From: Haliotis rubra | Lineage: Eukaryota | NCBI RefSeq assembly: GCF_003918875.1 | Contig: NW_025767109.1 | Location: 310,001-374,000, forward strand | Direction of reading: 5' to 3' | Length of the DNA stretch: 64,000 nucleotides | Program-made: the position numbers and the translations under genes | The notes under the pieces: generated by a model | Seen by the model: only the letters and a program-made list of their open reading frames with translations | Databases searched by the model: none | Told to the model about the DNA's origin: nothing | Part shown: one piece after another, positions 1 to 11,620 of the stretch | How positions within the stretch are numbered: the stretch's first letter is position 1 | Layout: every line of letters starts with the position of its first letter

Positions 1-42
1 GATGAGAGTACGGTTTATTCATCTTCCCTGTAAAAAATAGCT

Positions 43-921
43 TCAGGGTTTCAGGATCAAACATGCCCTAAGTTAGCTGGTGCTTGGTGGGAGACATGGA
101 AGATGTACCATAGCTTGAGGAAACGCTTGGGGGTTTTAAGATCAAACATGCCCTAAGTTAGCTGGTGCTTGGTGGGAGACATGGAAGATGTACTATAGCT
201 TGAGGCAATGCTTGGGGGTTGTTTCAGATCAAACATGCCCTAAGTTAGCTGGTGCTTGGTGGGAGACATGGAAGATGTACTATAGCTTGAGGCAATGCTT
301 GGGGGTTTCAGGATCAAACATGCCCTAAGTTAGCTGGTGCTTGGTGGGAGATATGGAAGATGTACTATAGCTTGAGGCAATGCTTGGGGGTTTCAGGATC
401 AAACATGTCCTAAGTTAGCTGGTGCTTGGTGGGAGACATGGAAGATGTACTATAGCTTGAGGCAATGCTTGGGGGTTTCAGGATCAAACATGCCCTAGGG
501 GTTTCAGGATCAAACATGCCCTAAGTTAGCTGGTGCTTGGTGGGAGACATGGAAGATGTACTATAGCTTGAGGAAACGCTTTTAGGGGTTTTTAAGATCA
601 AACATGCCCAAGTTAGCTGGTGCTTGGTGGGAGACATGGAAGATCATTTAAGCTTTGGTTTCAGGAAACGCCTAAGCTTGAGACTTCAGGATCAAACATG
701 CCCTAAGTTAGCTTGGTGGGGAGACATGGAAGATGTACCATAGCTTGAGGAAACGCTTGGGGGTTTCAGGATCAAACATGCCCTAAGTTAGCTGGTGCTT
801 GGTGGGAGACATGGAAGATGTACTATAGCTTGAGACAACGCTTGGGGGTTTCAGGATCAAACATGCCCTAAGTTAGCTGGTGCTTGGTGGGAGACATGGA
901 AGATGTACTATAGCTTGAGGC
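43..921. repeat. 85-bp tandem minisatellite, ~10 copies, probably intronic
   Basis: Unit GGATCAAACATGCCCTAAGTTAGCTGGTGCTTGGTGGGAGACATGGAAGATGTACTATAGCTTGAGG...GGGGTTTCA recurs at 311, 396, 481; partial or garbled units ~490-720. Confidence 0.95.
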
Positions 922-1010
922 CATGCTGAAACAATGCTTAATTAGAACTGAGGCTATATACACTAGCCAAATGATTTACTTTGTTTTGAACATTTTTCTA
1001 AATATATTCA

Positions 1011-1100
1011 TGTGTGAAGCCCATTACTGGTGTCCCCCACCGTGATATTGCTGGAATATTGCTAAAAGCGTTAAAACTAAACTCACTCAATCACTCACTC
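1011..1100 (+). mobile_element. SINE family 1, 3' fragment
   Basis: TGTGTGAAGCCCAT..GCTGGAATATTGCTAAAAGCG..AAACTCACTCA matches full copies at 10684 and 30481. Confidence 0.85.
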
Positions 1101-1681
1101 AACCGTTGACCCATAACTCATAGCCACGGTCAAGGTGATGTACTTGTTAAAGGACAGAGTATGGTCCAAGTCCAAGTTCCCAGTTTCTTCAGTAAAGGTC
1201 CAGACAGTGTATCTATAATACCTTGAGGAATAACACTAAAAATTATTGGGATGTTCTTCAACTGTTTGACAGATGTACATCTTTGAGTAATCAGAATAAC
1301 AAAATGATGTTCAAAATAATTGAATAAATTTTGCCAGGAGGTCCAATTAGCCAGGGGTCAAGGTCGCTTGTTCATCATCCCTCTAACCTCTCAGGATCGC
1401 TCGCCATCTTCAAGATTGCTGTGACGATATATCTGATGAATATACCTGCATGGATGTTGAATGTGTTTTTGTTTATTTTCATAACATCAGTATATTTTTT
1501 CCTGAATGTGTATGTTATTTATTTTTTATTCTAACATAATGCAATGTATCTAAGATTCTTTAGCCTTATACTTTACGTTCTTAAACAAAAACAGTATTTA
1601 TTTTATTTTGCATCTAAATCATATAACGGAATGATCGTATGACTGGTATTTCCATTATTTGACTGTTCTCCTTTTTTTCAG

Positions 1682-1964
1682 TTGATGTTCGATTGCCGTC
1701 TAACTGCGAGCTCTTCCTGCAGAATGTGTTCCTCGTGTTGTTTGCCCTTGTGATGATTTCTGTCGTGTTTCCGTGGGACCTGCTTGTGATTCTGCCTCTT
1801 GCCATTGTGTTTATTGTGTTGACTGTTGTGTTTGCTCCAGTCCTGCAGCAACTCAAATACGTTGATAATGTCACCCGCTCGCCATACCTTAGCCACCTCG
1901 CTGCGTCCATTGACGGAATCTCAACTATACATGTATTTGGGCAGTCTCAGCGCTTTATTAGACA
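1682..1964 (+). CDS. ABCC5: ABCC5/MRP5-like ABC transporter, internal exon (TMD2); upstream exons lie outside the window
   Basis: Polypyrimidine-CAG acceptor, GTAAGA donor; DVRLPSNCELFLQNV...DNVTRSPYLSHLAASIDGISTIHVF resembles MRP5 DVRLP...[23 protein letters not shown]. Confidence 0.9.
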
Positions 1965-2114
1965 GTAAGATATTACAATGTCGTCATAATATGCAATGTA
2001 TTCATTTGTGGGGTAATATTGTATGGATGTCCTGCTTGAGATATATTTTTCAAAACACGTTAAAGAACTTGGAATTTGGAAGGTTGTGTTTTGTAAAACC
2101 CACAAGATTAACTA

Positions 2115-2637
2115 CAGTGGAAGCTGTCAAAATCGGCACCTGTCCAATCTGGCAAGTTGTCAACACCGGCATAAAATCTCAGTCCAGTCCGTGGCTAGAA
2201 CATTTGTCGTGATTTTAAAGCTCTGCTATCTGGCAGCTGTCAATTCCGGATTTTGCAGAAAATGAGACGCTCAAAATTGTGTTTATACAGTAATTAGCAT
2301 TGTCTAACTCAGCGCATGGCGAGGAGTGGGCCCGGATGTGTATTGTCACAAATTAATCCTGCGTTGAAACTACATGAAGATAATTTAATCTTAGTTCAGT
2401 ATGGGTATACTTGTACATGTAATTTGTGAGTATGAGCTCAAATGTTTGTCTTTTATTGTCAATGTGTGCTGTAATTGAGAGAATCACATGATAAAACAAT
2501 GCACATTGTGTATGAGAGTGACAAATCTGGTACAGTTGTAGTCGATGGTAACCGTGTCAACTCTACAACCTGACACGCTGTCTAAACCGGATTATTTCTT
2601 CAATCATGACAAGTGCCGATTTAGACAGCTTCCACTG
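2115..2637. mobile_element. Tc1/mariner-pogo-type MITE
   Basis: ~30-bp TIRs CAGTGGAAGCTGTC(A/T)AAATCGGCAC, TA on both sides. Confidence 0.85.
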
Positions 2638-2779
2638 TATAGTCATGGGAAAAAACTGGGTTCTTGACTTCTATTGTGTAGTATACGTAAGGAAATCTGG
2701 TTGCCTTAATTCACCTGGTTCTGGTCACACAAAGCCATCATGGAGCTAAGGTGGCTGTAACTCCACAATTCTTGGACAT

Positions 2780-2945
2780 TGGCTTATGACTTGATACATG
2801 TCATCGCATCCCAATTGCAATGAATGAGGTTCATGTGGTCAGTCATGGGATTGTTTGGTCCAGGATTGATTATTAACAGACTACCATCGCAGCTCAAAAA
2901 TGACTGAGTTCAGCATTAAACAACAAATCAAACCAAATCAAACCA
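2780..2945 (+). mobile_element. SINE family 2, degenerate 3' part
   Basis: CATGTCATCGCATCCCAATTGC...GATTGTTTGGTCCAG...TTAAACAACAAATCAAACC similar to the 34369 copy. Confidence 0.65.
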
Positions 2946-3220
2946 GCACTTTGGCCTCTTTCTAGGTCATTATTCCGGTAAACCTTCAAACAAATATTAT
3001 GTAAAATTACCGAGTGCAGTGACAAACTAACAAGTGAATAAACAAACAAAACTATTGAGAGAAGAAATTTTCGTCACATTGAGTTTTCTCATATTGACAA
3101 ATGTCCTTCATGTTTTCAGTAGAAATTACTTCTTGACAAACTAAAGGCCAGATATTTACATTGAAGAATTTGTTTGATTAAGTTGAATGTTTTCTAAGTT
3201 TCATTATATTTTTGTTTCAG

Positions 3221-3407
3221 ATTTTGTGATATGTTGGATAAAAACTCATTGCCATTCTTCCTGTTCTATATGGCCAATCGCTGGCTTGCTCTCTTTCTTG
3301 ATCTTATGACGATCGCCGTCATTGGTGCTACAGGATTTCTAGTCGTATTTACTCTGGACTCTGAGAATTCAGCTGATGCTGGCTTAGCCCTTTCTTTCGC
3401 CATTCAG
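3221..3407 (+). CDS. ABCC5: ABCC5-like exon (TMD2)
   Basis: TTTCAG acceptor, GTAAGT donor, phase matches previous exon; FCDMLDKNSLPFFLF..RWLALFLDL..AGLALSFAIQ. Confidence 0.92.
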
Positions 3408-5974
3408 GTAAGTAAATCTGTTATTGATCTCTATGTAAATCTGTAATTTCATTGTATTAACACATTGATTGGTGTAAGAATGTAGTCTGATAGTATTCAT
3501 TGACATTGTACAATGGTTGGTATTAGTGGCTAAAGGATCATTAAAGGTCACATAAACCCTAGGGGGTAAAAATACATAAATCACTAACTGGCATCGGTAT
3601 AAATGAAACCCCGTCATTAAAACTACTCATTTCGACCTTTAATTGACTTAAATCGACCTTTTTGACAACAGTGCACAATTCTCACCCCAAGAACGAAATT
3701 TCAACCAATCAGGAGCTGCGCACTCTGTGACGTCATATGAGGAATAACTTTTAGGGCCGATGCAGAATTCATCTACATTTTAGGGGGTAAATTATCTTGT
3801 TTACAGGCTTGTATAAACCTGAAATCGCGTGACAATTGTTGTGGAAAATGAAAGCTATATGTTCTCACAATCTACTGGCATTTAATTTTGTCTCCTGCTT
3901 TGCCTAGTTTCCGAGTTACAACTTGTTTTTTCATAGACGCTTCTGTCACAATTGATGGTGTCGTTAGGCCCTATTTGTATAATGACTGATCCAAATTGAT
4001 CCCATTTCTGTGTTTTTTGACCTCGATATTTAATCATGTCATGTAAAAATCTGTTTGTATTCTCAAAACAGTGTCGGCCCATAAGTTTTCACATGCAATA
4101 CAGCAATTAATACTCCCTTGTTGTAACCCGTGTTAGGTGGTATAAACCTACACATGTTATTTGTCATAATTCACTTGATGGTCAGTTAATGAATTTATAA
4201 CAGGTATAATTAGTGGTAACACACTTAGATTACCCGACAAAGGTTCCCATTTGGCATTTCTTGTGTCTGGAGTAAATATTCAACATTATAAACATCGATC
4301 AAAGGATTAACCGATAACACGCTGATTGATTAATTACTTTTATCTTACACAGCGGATTGGTCAAAAGGTAGTGTTTATGTTTGTAGATTTACTAATCTAT
4401 ACTGAATACACTCTGCCGTAATCGGTGTCTCTGCGTGAAAACAACGTCCTTCTTTCAAAGGATTAACCGGCAATACATTGATTGATTGCCCATTATTGGC
4501 TAACTAAATTACTGTTTTTTAATGAAAGGCGGACATTATGCAATTAGTTGCCAGGTGTGCTATCTTGGGTGACCAATGAGACTATACACCAATACCTGAA
4601 AAGATTTATCACTTTTTCGTATATTAAACTGTTTAAAAGACACATCATTTGGAACAGTTTTGTGGATATTGATGGATACATTCCTCAAACAAGGTAATGG
4701 CCTGATATTGTTCCTATAACTTTAATCTGTTTTAATTTTAATATTTGCATTTTGTTTTTATTCATTTGTCGTAGCATTCAACAGAATCATTGTTTTTCGC
4801 CGTGAAGTGTAATGAGACAGACAACATACACTAGGTGTGTGTGCGAATTATGATTCACATTGGCAAACTATAAAATGTCTAGATATTACAGTTCTGTTAT
4901 AAATTCACTATAAGTATCAGCAGGTCGTCAGCTTTTATTTAGTTTCAAAATGCATAAAAGTATGATAATAAACTAATTAGGATTATAAGACCAAATATAA
5001 AGACGCATTATTGACTAGTATCTACATACTGGTGAGTGGACATTAACCATGTGAATGTAGCAAGAAATTTATCGCAGTATTGTGACTTCGATTCCCCACC
5101 TCGCCGTGGAAGAAATCGTTATGTTATAAGTTGTGTCATGCAAAATCCTTTGGTTATGATTCCAATACATATTTAACTACGAGTAGAAAGTAGTTTTGAT
5201 TTTCTAACTTGATGAAAACAAACTATAATCTCATTAATTCTAACAGACTTTACGATTTTCCAAAAATGATGCGCCTCTGTCGGGAACATCCGGCCAGTCT
5301 GTGGATAAATGCTATTTAGGTTTGTTTTCACCGAAGTTACAAAATCAAAACTACTTTTACTGGTAGTAAAATATGTATTTTATTGATGGCCAATAGGATT
5401 TTGCATGACATAGCGTATAACATAACAATTTCTCTCCTGGCAGCGAGGTGGGTGTCAATATAATACTACTTTACAATATTATTGTGACTTCGACCACAAC
5501 CTCACTTCCGGAGGAAGAAATCGTTATGTTACAAGTTGTGTTATGGAAAATCTTTATGGTCATCAATCATATACATAATGTACTATAACTAGTAAGTAGT
5601 TTTGATTCTTTAACTCCGCGGAAGCCGATCTGAACACAAGTAAGATATCGTTTCAGGCTTCCACAACGCCGCTTCAAGACTCACAAACATAACCCATTTA
5701 GCACGAACTCCGCGGGTCCTGTGGAAATCTGTGCATGGTGACACCATCACCCCGACCCTAGGAGCAATTGACGACCAAAGCAACGATTCGGCATGTCGCC
5801 GTTGATGTCGAAATCATCAAAATGATGAGCGCAAGGCTACACACTTTCTATACAACTAACTGAAAATCGCTCCTCATATGACGCCAATGCAGTGCTCTGG
5901 CGACAGAGTTACGTGAACCTGTCTGTGGTTTCTAATTGGCGGTTAAGACCTGGGTTAAAATCGACCATCAGCAA

Positions 5975-6390
5975 CCGATACATGTTGTAAGAGGTGACAA
6001 ATGGGGTTAGAGACCATTCATAATTTTTGGCTAGGGGTGATAATGAGTTTTATGAGAAGATGTGCAATGGGACTGCCCCCCAAAAAAAATGTATGTACAA
6101 AGTAAGTGCCCCCCATGTCAGTGTACAAAATCAGTGACCCTCCCCTGCCTGCACTTGCACCACGCACTACTTCCCCAGAACAAAATGGCTGACCCCCCTT
6201 AAAATCATCACCACCACCCCCTAGCCATAAATTATGAATGTACCCTTAGGTGGTCTGGCTACTGACTTGTCAGCTTGTCCCACTTATGTGGATTCAGGGA
6301 CATGATGTCAGTCACTGGATTGTCTGGTCCAGACTCGATTATTTACAGACTACTGTCGTATTGCTGGAATATTGCAAAGTATTGCGTGAA
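5975..6390 (+). mobile_element. SINE family 2 copy interrupted by a MITE
   Basis: GTTGTAAGAGGTGACAAATGGGG on the left resumes as GGTGGTCTGGCT...CACTGGATTGTCTGGTCCAGACTCG after 6248. Confidence 0.7.
6010..6245. mobile_element. PIF/Harbinger-type MITE nested in the SINE
   Basis: Imperfect TIRs GAGACCATTCATAATTT..GGCTAGGGG / CCCCTAGCC..AAATTATGAATGTACCC; TTA TSD. Confidence 0.7.
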
Positions 6391-6776
6391 AACATGAACT
6401 TACAAAAATTAGAAATGGCATGTGGAAAGTAAAAACTAAAAGCAAAACAAAATCAACCTGTAGATCTACTTTCTTTCATGACGAAATGTATATCATGAAT
6501 ATGACATAAAGACCACTTAAATAAATTATCCACTCAGCCACAATGCTAGTGTTCTGAGAACAGTTTCTCATGGCTTCCAAACCCCAAAGTCCTGGTTATG
6601 ATTCTTAGTCTCTAAACACTATGATCAACATATCTGTATATGATTTTTGCCTTTTAGAGTCTTTCTCCCTTACAATGCAGTCACACTGACATAATGTTCA
6701 AAGTGGTTTCAAAATCCAAATCTCACAGACAGTGACTGTATTGAGTGAATGAGTGACAATATCCTCCACTTGCCGT

Positions 6777-6913
6777 GGGGCAGTGGGGTAGCCTAGTGGT
6801 TAAAGCGTTCACTCATCATGCCGAAGACCTGGGTTCAATTCCCGACATGGCTACCATGTGTCAAGTCCATTTCTGGTGTCCCCACCTTGATATTGCTGGA
6901 ATAGCAATGAAAA
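6777..6913 (+). mobile_element. tRNA-derived SINE family 1, runs into the gap
   Basis: A box TAGCCTAGTGG, B box GGTTCAATTCC, family body. Confidence 0.85.
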
Positions 6914-7094
6914 NNNNNNNNNNNNNNNNNNNNNNNNNNNNNNNNNNNNNNNNNNNNNNNNNNNNNNNNNNNNNNNNNNNNNNNNNNNNNNNNNNNNNNN
7001 NNNNNNNNNNNNNNNNNNNNNNNNNNNNNNNNNNNNNNNNNNNNNNNNNNNNNNNNNNNNNNNNNNNNNNNNNNNNNNNNNNNNNNNNNNNNNN
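6914..7094. other. Assembly gap (N run) inside an ABCC5-like intron
   Basis: Run of N. Confidence 1.
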
Positions 7095-7140
7095 AGGACA
7101 GTTTAGAGGTAACTGACTCCCCCCTGTCTCCTTGCCGCAG

Positions 7141-7230
7141 ATCACCAGCCTGCTGCAGTACACACTGAGACTGTGTGTGGAGACCAACTCCAGGTTCACG
7201 TCGGTCAAGAGGATCCAGGACTACATCGAG
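7141..7230 (+). CDS. ABCC5: ABCC5-like exon (end of TMD2)
   Basis: CCGCAG acceptor, GT donor, 90 nt; ITSLLQYTLRLCVETNSRFTSVKRIQDYIE vs MRP5 LTGLFQFTVRLASETEARFTSVERINHYI. Confidence 0.9.
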
Positions 7231-7467
7231 GTGGGTCAACATGTTGCTGGACATTCCAGGAGATCATCAAATAGGTTCATGTCCCGTATGTGAATAAAAT
7301 TATCCCCTGTTGAATTTGTAACTTATGCGAACAGTAATGTCACACAATTCAGAGCTATTTAACACTAGTGAACTTAGTGAGACACAATGAAGTCTAGGGG
7401 GAATCAGGTTTATTGTCTTTATTTACAAGATTCGTTCTTGATGACTTTCTACTTGCCGGAATAAATC

Positions 7468-7606
7468 TGGGGCAGTGGAGTAGCGTAGTGGTTCAGGTTC
7501 TGATCCGGGTTTGATTCCCCACATGGGCATTATGTGTGAGGCCCATTTTTAGTGGGATATTGCTGAAATATTGCGAAAAAATGGCATAAAACTAAACTCA
7601 CTGACT
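7468..7606 (+). mobile_element. SINE family 1, degenerate
   Basis: GGGGCAGTGGAGTAGCGTAGTGG..GGTTTGATTCCCCACATGGG..AAAACTAAACTCACT. Confidence 0.75.
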
Positions 7607-7744
7607 GAATATATCTGTGAACCAACACCATTGCCTTACTAAATGTAAGAAGAGAGATAACTCTCAAGGGTAACTGTTGAGAAGTTTCAATGAAAATATA
7701 CCAGAAAGGAAGCATGATCAGTAACCCACTTTGACTGTGTTCAG

Positions 7745-7937
7745 AACCTGCCAGAAGAGGGCAGCACTCCGGCCGGGGAGAACGGAGACATTCCTGATGA
7801 TTGGCCGTCGCAGGGGCAGGTCCGGTTCCGCAATTACAACATGAGATATCATGAAGGACTTCAGCCCTCCCTGAAAAAAATCACCCTGAATATCAGTGCC
7901 CATGAGAAGATAGGCATTGTCGGCAAATCAGGATCTG
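7745..7937 (+). CDS. ABCC5: ABCC5-like exon (NBD2 start, Walker A first half)
   Basis: TTCAG acceptor, GTAAGC donor; [28 protein letters not shown](G). Confidence 0.92.
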
Positions 7938-7958
7938 GTAAGCTGCTTCATTAATGTG

Positions 7959-8513
7959 TATAGTCCGTTTGGATCAAAGCGGACTGATGAATTGCAATGC
8001 AACTCGAAAACTAAAAAACATATAATACTCAATGAAACACTGATCTTAATCAAAACGTCAGAACAACTCTGTGGTTTGTTTGCAGAATTTATGTCCTAAC
8101 ATTAAAAAATGTTGTTTAACAAACTATCATTAAAATTTTGACACAGTTCACTATTTGTTACGAGGGAGGAGTGCAGAGAAAGGGAAACAGCCAGGTGTTA
8201 GAGAAGGACATGCACAAGTGCCCACCAAGTTATTGATTCATTAACCTGTGCAGTGCTGTCTCCATCCTTTCTCGCACACCTGGCTGTCCCTTTCTCTGCA
8301 CTCCTCCCTCGTAAGAAATAGTGAACTGTGTCAAAATTTTAATGATAGTTTGTTAAACAACTTTTTTATTTTTAGGATATAAATTCTGCAAAAACCTCAC
8401 AGAGTTGGTCTGACGTTTTAATTATGATCAGCGTTTCATTGAGTATTATATGTTTATTAGTTTTCGAGTTAGATTGCAATTCATCGGTCCGCTTTTGAGC
8501 CAAACGGACCATA
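7959..8513. mobile_element. Foldback MITE with ~250-bp inverted arms
   Basis: 7959-~8208 is the near reverse complement of ~8264-8513; TA at the ends. Confidence 0.85.
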
Positions 8514-8621
8514 CCCATGAAGATCAGGGTTAGGATTAGTCTTCAGCAATGATGCGTATCAATGCACACTCATTGTGCGTTCTAAGATGCTTAGCGTTTA
8601 GAACAATCGAAAAAAAAATAC

Positions 8622-9490
8622 ATTATCAGACAATAAAGGTATAGTTTTTTGATGACGTAACAATTGAATGATGTTATCCCGTCACTGAGCCATTCTAGTG
8701 TGCCCCCTCGTAATCGAACCATTTTACGTTACGTCACAGTGTAAGCGACGTCACGATGCATGTCAGTTGTCATCGCCTAGTACAGCCTCCTACAGTAAAC
8801 TACTGCATTGCATCCCGTTTCTTGGTTTGCAGTTGCTTCACTCACCTAACATCACTGGTGGAAACATTACATTTATGTTTTCTGACGCTTTAATTGTCTC
8901 AATTCGACTCGCTAAAGTTTTCAGCGATTAACGGTAACGTTCGCGAATGTTTACATTCCCACAATGCAATCGTGGAATGTCGCTAGACTACTCAGCTTCG
9001 TCTGGATGTACTGATCTAAACATACTTTGGTAGTAGAAATGCGACGCTCACATGGCTTACGTTAATCACAGATTTAATTAAAATACTTTAGAGAAGATAT
9101 TTAATCCGAATGTAAACCGTCATGAAACTGTTTATCATTTGTTTTTCTGGTAACGTTCGTCTTAACGTAGGGGTGCAGACACATCAATAGAACAGCGCGC
9201 CAGTTAGCCCTGTGCGAGGATTCTTAATTTAGGTCACCGACACCGCCGCTTTGTTTTCTGCCTTAAATTATCGTAATTATCCTTAGAAAGTATTAAATTT
9301 GGCATCATAGAAAGAATAGTTAGAAGCTTTATCATCATATAGTGTAATTAAAACACACTTTTTCCCTGAACTATTATGACGTTAAAGCACTCGGACGCAA
9401 GCCGCCCTCGCTTTTAACTATAATAGTTCAGGGCAAAAGTGTGTTTTATTACACTATACATGGTGGTAGAGCGAACTGTATTTCTTAATT
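8622..9490. mobile_element. Non-autonomous hairpin-ended element (Crypton-like, tentative)
   Basis: Long terminal hairpin ~9330-9465 with loop CTCGGACGCAAGCCGCCCTCG; TGACGT-rich interior; left boundary approximate. Confidence 0.45.
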
Positions 9491-9614
9491 AAGGCTTGAT
9501 TTAGAAGATTCAAATGGAAATTTGATACCTCATCTAAACCAATCAGAATGAAGCATTCTTTGATGTCGCTGTAGAATTCCTGTCAATAATTCAATGACAT
9601 TTCTCCCCCAAAAG

Positions 9615-9774
9615 GAAAGTCATCTTTGGGCGTGGCTCTCTTCAGACTTTGTGAGACGACATCAGGAGCTATTGAGATTGATGGCAAGAATATCCGGGAT
9701 GTCAAGTTGTCGGACCTGAGGTCAAGGTTGTCCATTCTGGTGCAGGATCCTGTTTTGTTTGTGGGAACTATCAG
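9615..9774 (+). CDS. ABCC5: ABCC5-like exon (Walker A end, Q-loop)
   Basis: AAAG acceptor, GTGAGA donor; (G)[32 protein letters not shown]. Confidence 0.93.
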
Positions 9775-9867
9775 GTGAGAGATGATTGCCTGTGTCCTTG
9801 TTGCATTAGTGTTACAACAGACAGGTGTGTCCCTTCCACTGAGTCAACTCTGTAGATAGATACTCAG

Positions 9868-9990
9868 GGTGTTGATCACTGGATTGTCTGGTCCAGAGTC
9901 GATTATTTACAGACCACCACCATGTAGCTGTAGTGCCGCATTAAACAGCAAATTAACAAACAAACAAACAAACAAACAAATACACAAACA
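9868..9990 (+). mobile_element. SINE family 2, 3' fragment
   Basis: GTTGATCACTGGATTGTCTGGTCCAGA..TTATTTACAGACC, (AAAC)n tail. Confidence 0.8.
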
Positions 9991-10335
9991 AAATCCTTCC
10001 AGTGATAAAGAGTTCCATATTATACGCGGCGTGACAAGTGAGACACATCCTTGAGTTGGGGTATTGCTCAAATTTCGACGTCTTGTGATAAGATTTGAAA
10101 ATTAGATTTTCTGATGCCTTGTGAACATGAACAAAAAGATTTGTTTGTCTAAAATATGCCATGTGTGGGCTGCCTCCATTCCCTGTTACATGTGTACGTT
10201 GGGGAGGTAACATACCTGTAAGTCTGATATGATCTGGTGTTGACCAATTGTGAGAGGGCCGTGAAGTATCCTGTGGGTTAGCCTTGAGTTGATGACCACA
10301 CCATGAACAAATCGTAACTTATGCATGTCTTTCAG

Positions 10336-10417
10336 ATACAACCTTGACCCTTCCTGTCAGTGTCACGGTGATGCAGAGATGTGGGAGGCCCTAGAGAAGT
10401 GCCACATCAAGCAGAAG
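10336..10417 (+). CDS. ABCC5: ABCC5-like exon (NBD2)
   Basis: TTTCAG acceptor, GTCAGT donor; YNLDPSCQCHGDAEMWEALEKCHIKQK. Confidence 0.9.
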
Positions 10418-10683
10418 GTCAGTCCCATGATGTCACCCAGGGGGGAACATTTAGGCCAACGCTTTGTCTCTTAAAATATGGAATTTTGATGGAAACTTGA
10501 TAACTCAATTTAACCTGAAAAGTGTCCCCTGAGAGATGGGGTTTAGAATATGAACCTAATGAAAACTGAAGTCTTGATAATGTCTCGCTGCTGCCCCTCA
10601 CTAAATATCACATGTACAATTCATTACACTTGGAACATTGTTACACAATAAATAACACTTCCACATTGTTCAAACCCACCTCT

Positions 10684-10846
10684 GGGGCGGTGGGGTAGCC
10701 TAATGGTTAAAGCGTTGGCTCGTCACACCGAAGACCCGGGTTCGAATCCCCACATGGGCACAATGTGTGAAGCCCATTTCTGGTGTCCCCCGCCGTGATG
10801 ATGCTGGAATATTGCTAAAAGCGGCGTAAAACTAAACTCAGTCAGT
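10684..10846 (+). mobile_element. tRNA-derived SINE family 1, full length
   Basis: A and B boxes, (CAGT)n tail, 13-bp TSD CAAACCCACCTCT. Confidence 0.92.
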
Positions 10847-10952
10847 CAAACCCACCTCTCACTGTCACTCACTCACTCACTGTCACTGTGTCACTCAATT
10901 TTGTATGTGTTTAAACTCTGCATGGGGAATAACTCTGTTACTGATTTTACAG

Positions 10953-11066
10953 ATTGCCTCCCTTGACAAGCAGCTGGACACGCAAGTGGACGAAAATGGC
11001 CGCAACTTCTCCATGGGCGAAAAACAGCTTCTGTGTTTAGCTCGTACTCTACTGAGACATACAAAG
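10953..11066 (+). CDS. ABCC5: ABCC5-like exon (ABC signature)
   Basis: TTTTACAG acceptor, GTCAGT donor; VDENGRNFSMGEKQLLCLARTLLRHTK. Confidence 0.93.
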
Positions 11067-11138
11067 GTCAGTTGTGTAACGTCTTAAGTGCATCATGAAT
11101 ATGCATATATACCTGGGACCACACCATTCAGTAACATA

Positions 11139-11290
11139 TGGGGCCAATGGGGTAGATTAGGGATGAAGAGTTCGATCACGCCGAAAACCAAGGTTTCAAT
11201 TCCCCACATGGGTACAGTGTGCGAATCTCATTCCTGGTGTCCCCAACTATGAAATTGCTGGAATATTGCTAAAAGCGACTTTAAAAACAT
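11139..11290 (+). mobile_element. SINE family 1, degenerate
   Basis: CACGCCGAAAACC..CCCCACATGGGTACA..GCTGGAATATTGCTAAAAGCG. Confidence 0.75.
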
Positions 11291-11620
11291 ACCAAGTTTT
11301 ATTGTGAAAAAATGGAAATGTTCACGAAAAATACAACTTGTTCATACCAGTTGCTTCATGTTACAATTTGTTTAGCTTTTTTTTGAGTCAAGATTTGGAA
11401 TTTGTGTAAATGACCTATATCAACTTATTGACATGAATTGTGCACATATATTGACAGGCAACATCTAATTATTATAGTCTTGATCAAATGTCAGTTGGCT
11501 GTCTGTAGGGGTGTTTTTAGTCAGTATATTTGTAAATTTCAAGCAGTGAGTTTATCCCTTATACCTGCAAGACTTGTTTAGTTTGGGAGAAACCCAGTCA
11601 ATAGCTTTTACATACAGGAG

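Noticed and set aside
43-921. CRISPR-like array
   Set aside because: Units are contiguous with no unique spacers, the context is eukaryotic and there are no cas genes; the same applies to the 39-bp and 26-bp arrays
6775-7254. ORFs spanning the N-gap
   Set aside because: Artefacts of translating N; the flanking exons already join in phase, so no missing exon is required
10684-10760. tRNA genes at SINE heads (also 30481, 46257, 63413)
   Set aside because: They continue into SINE bodies with tails and TSDs
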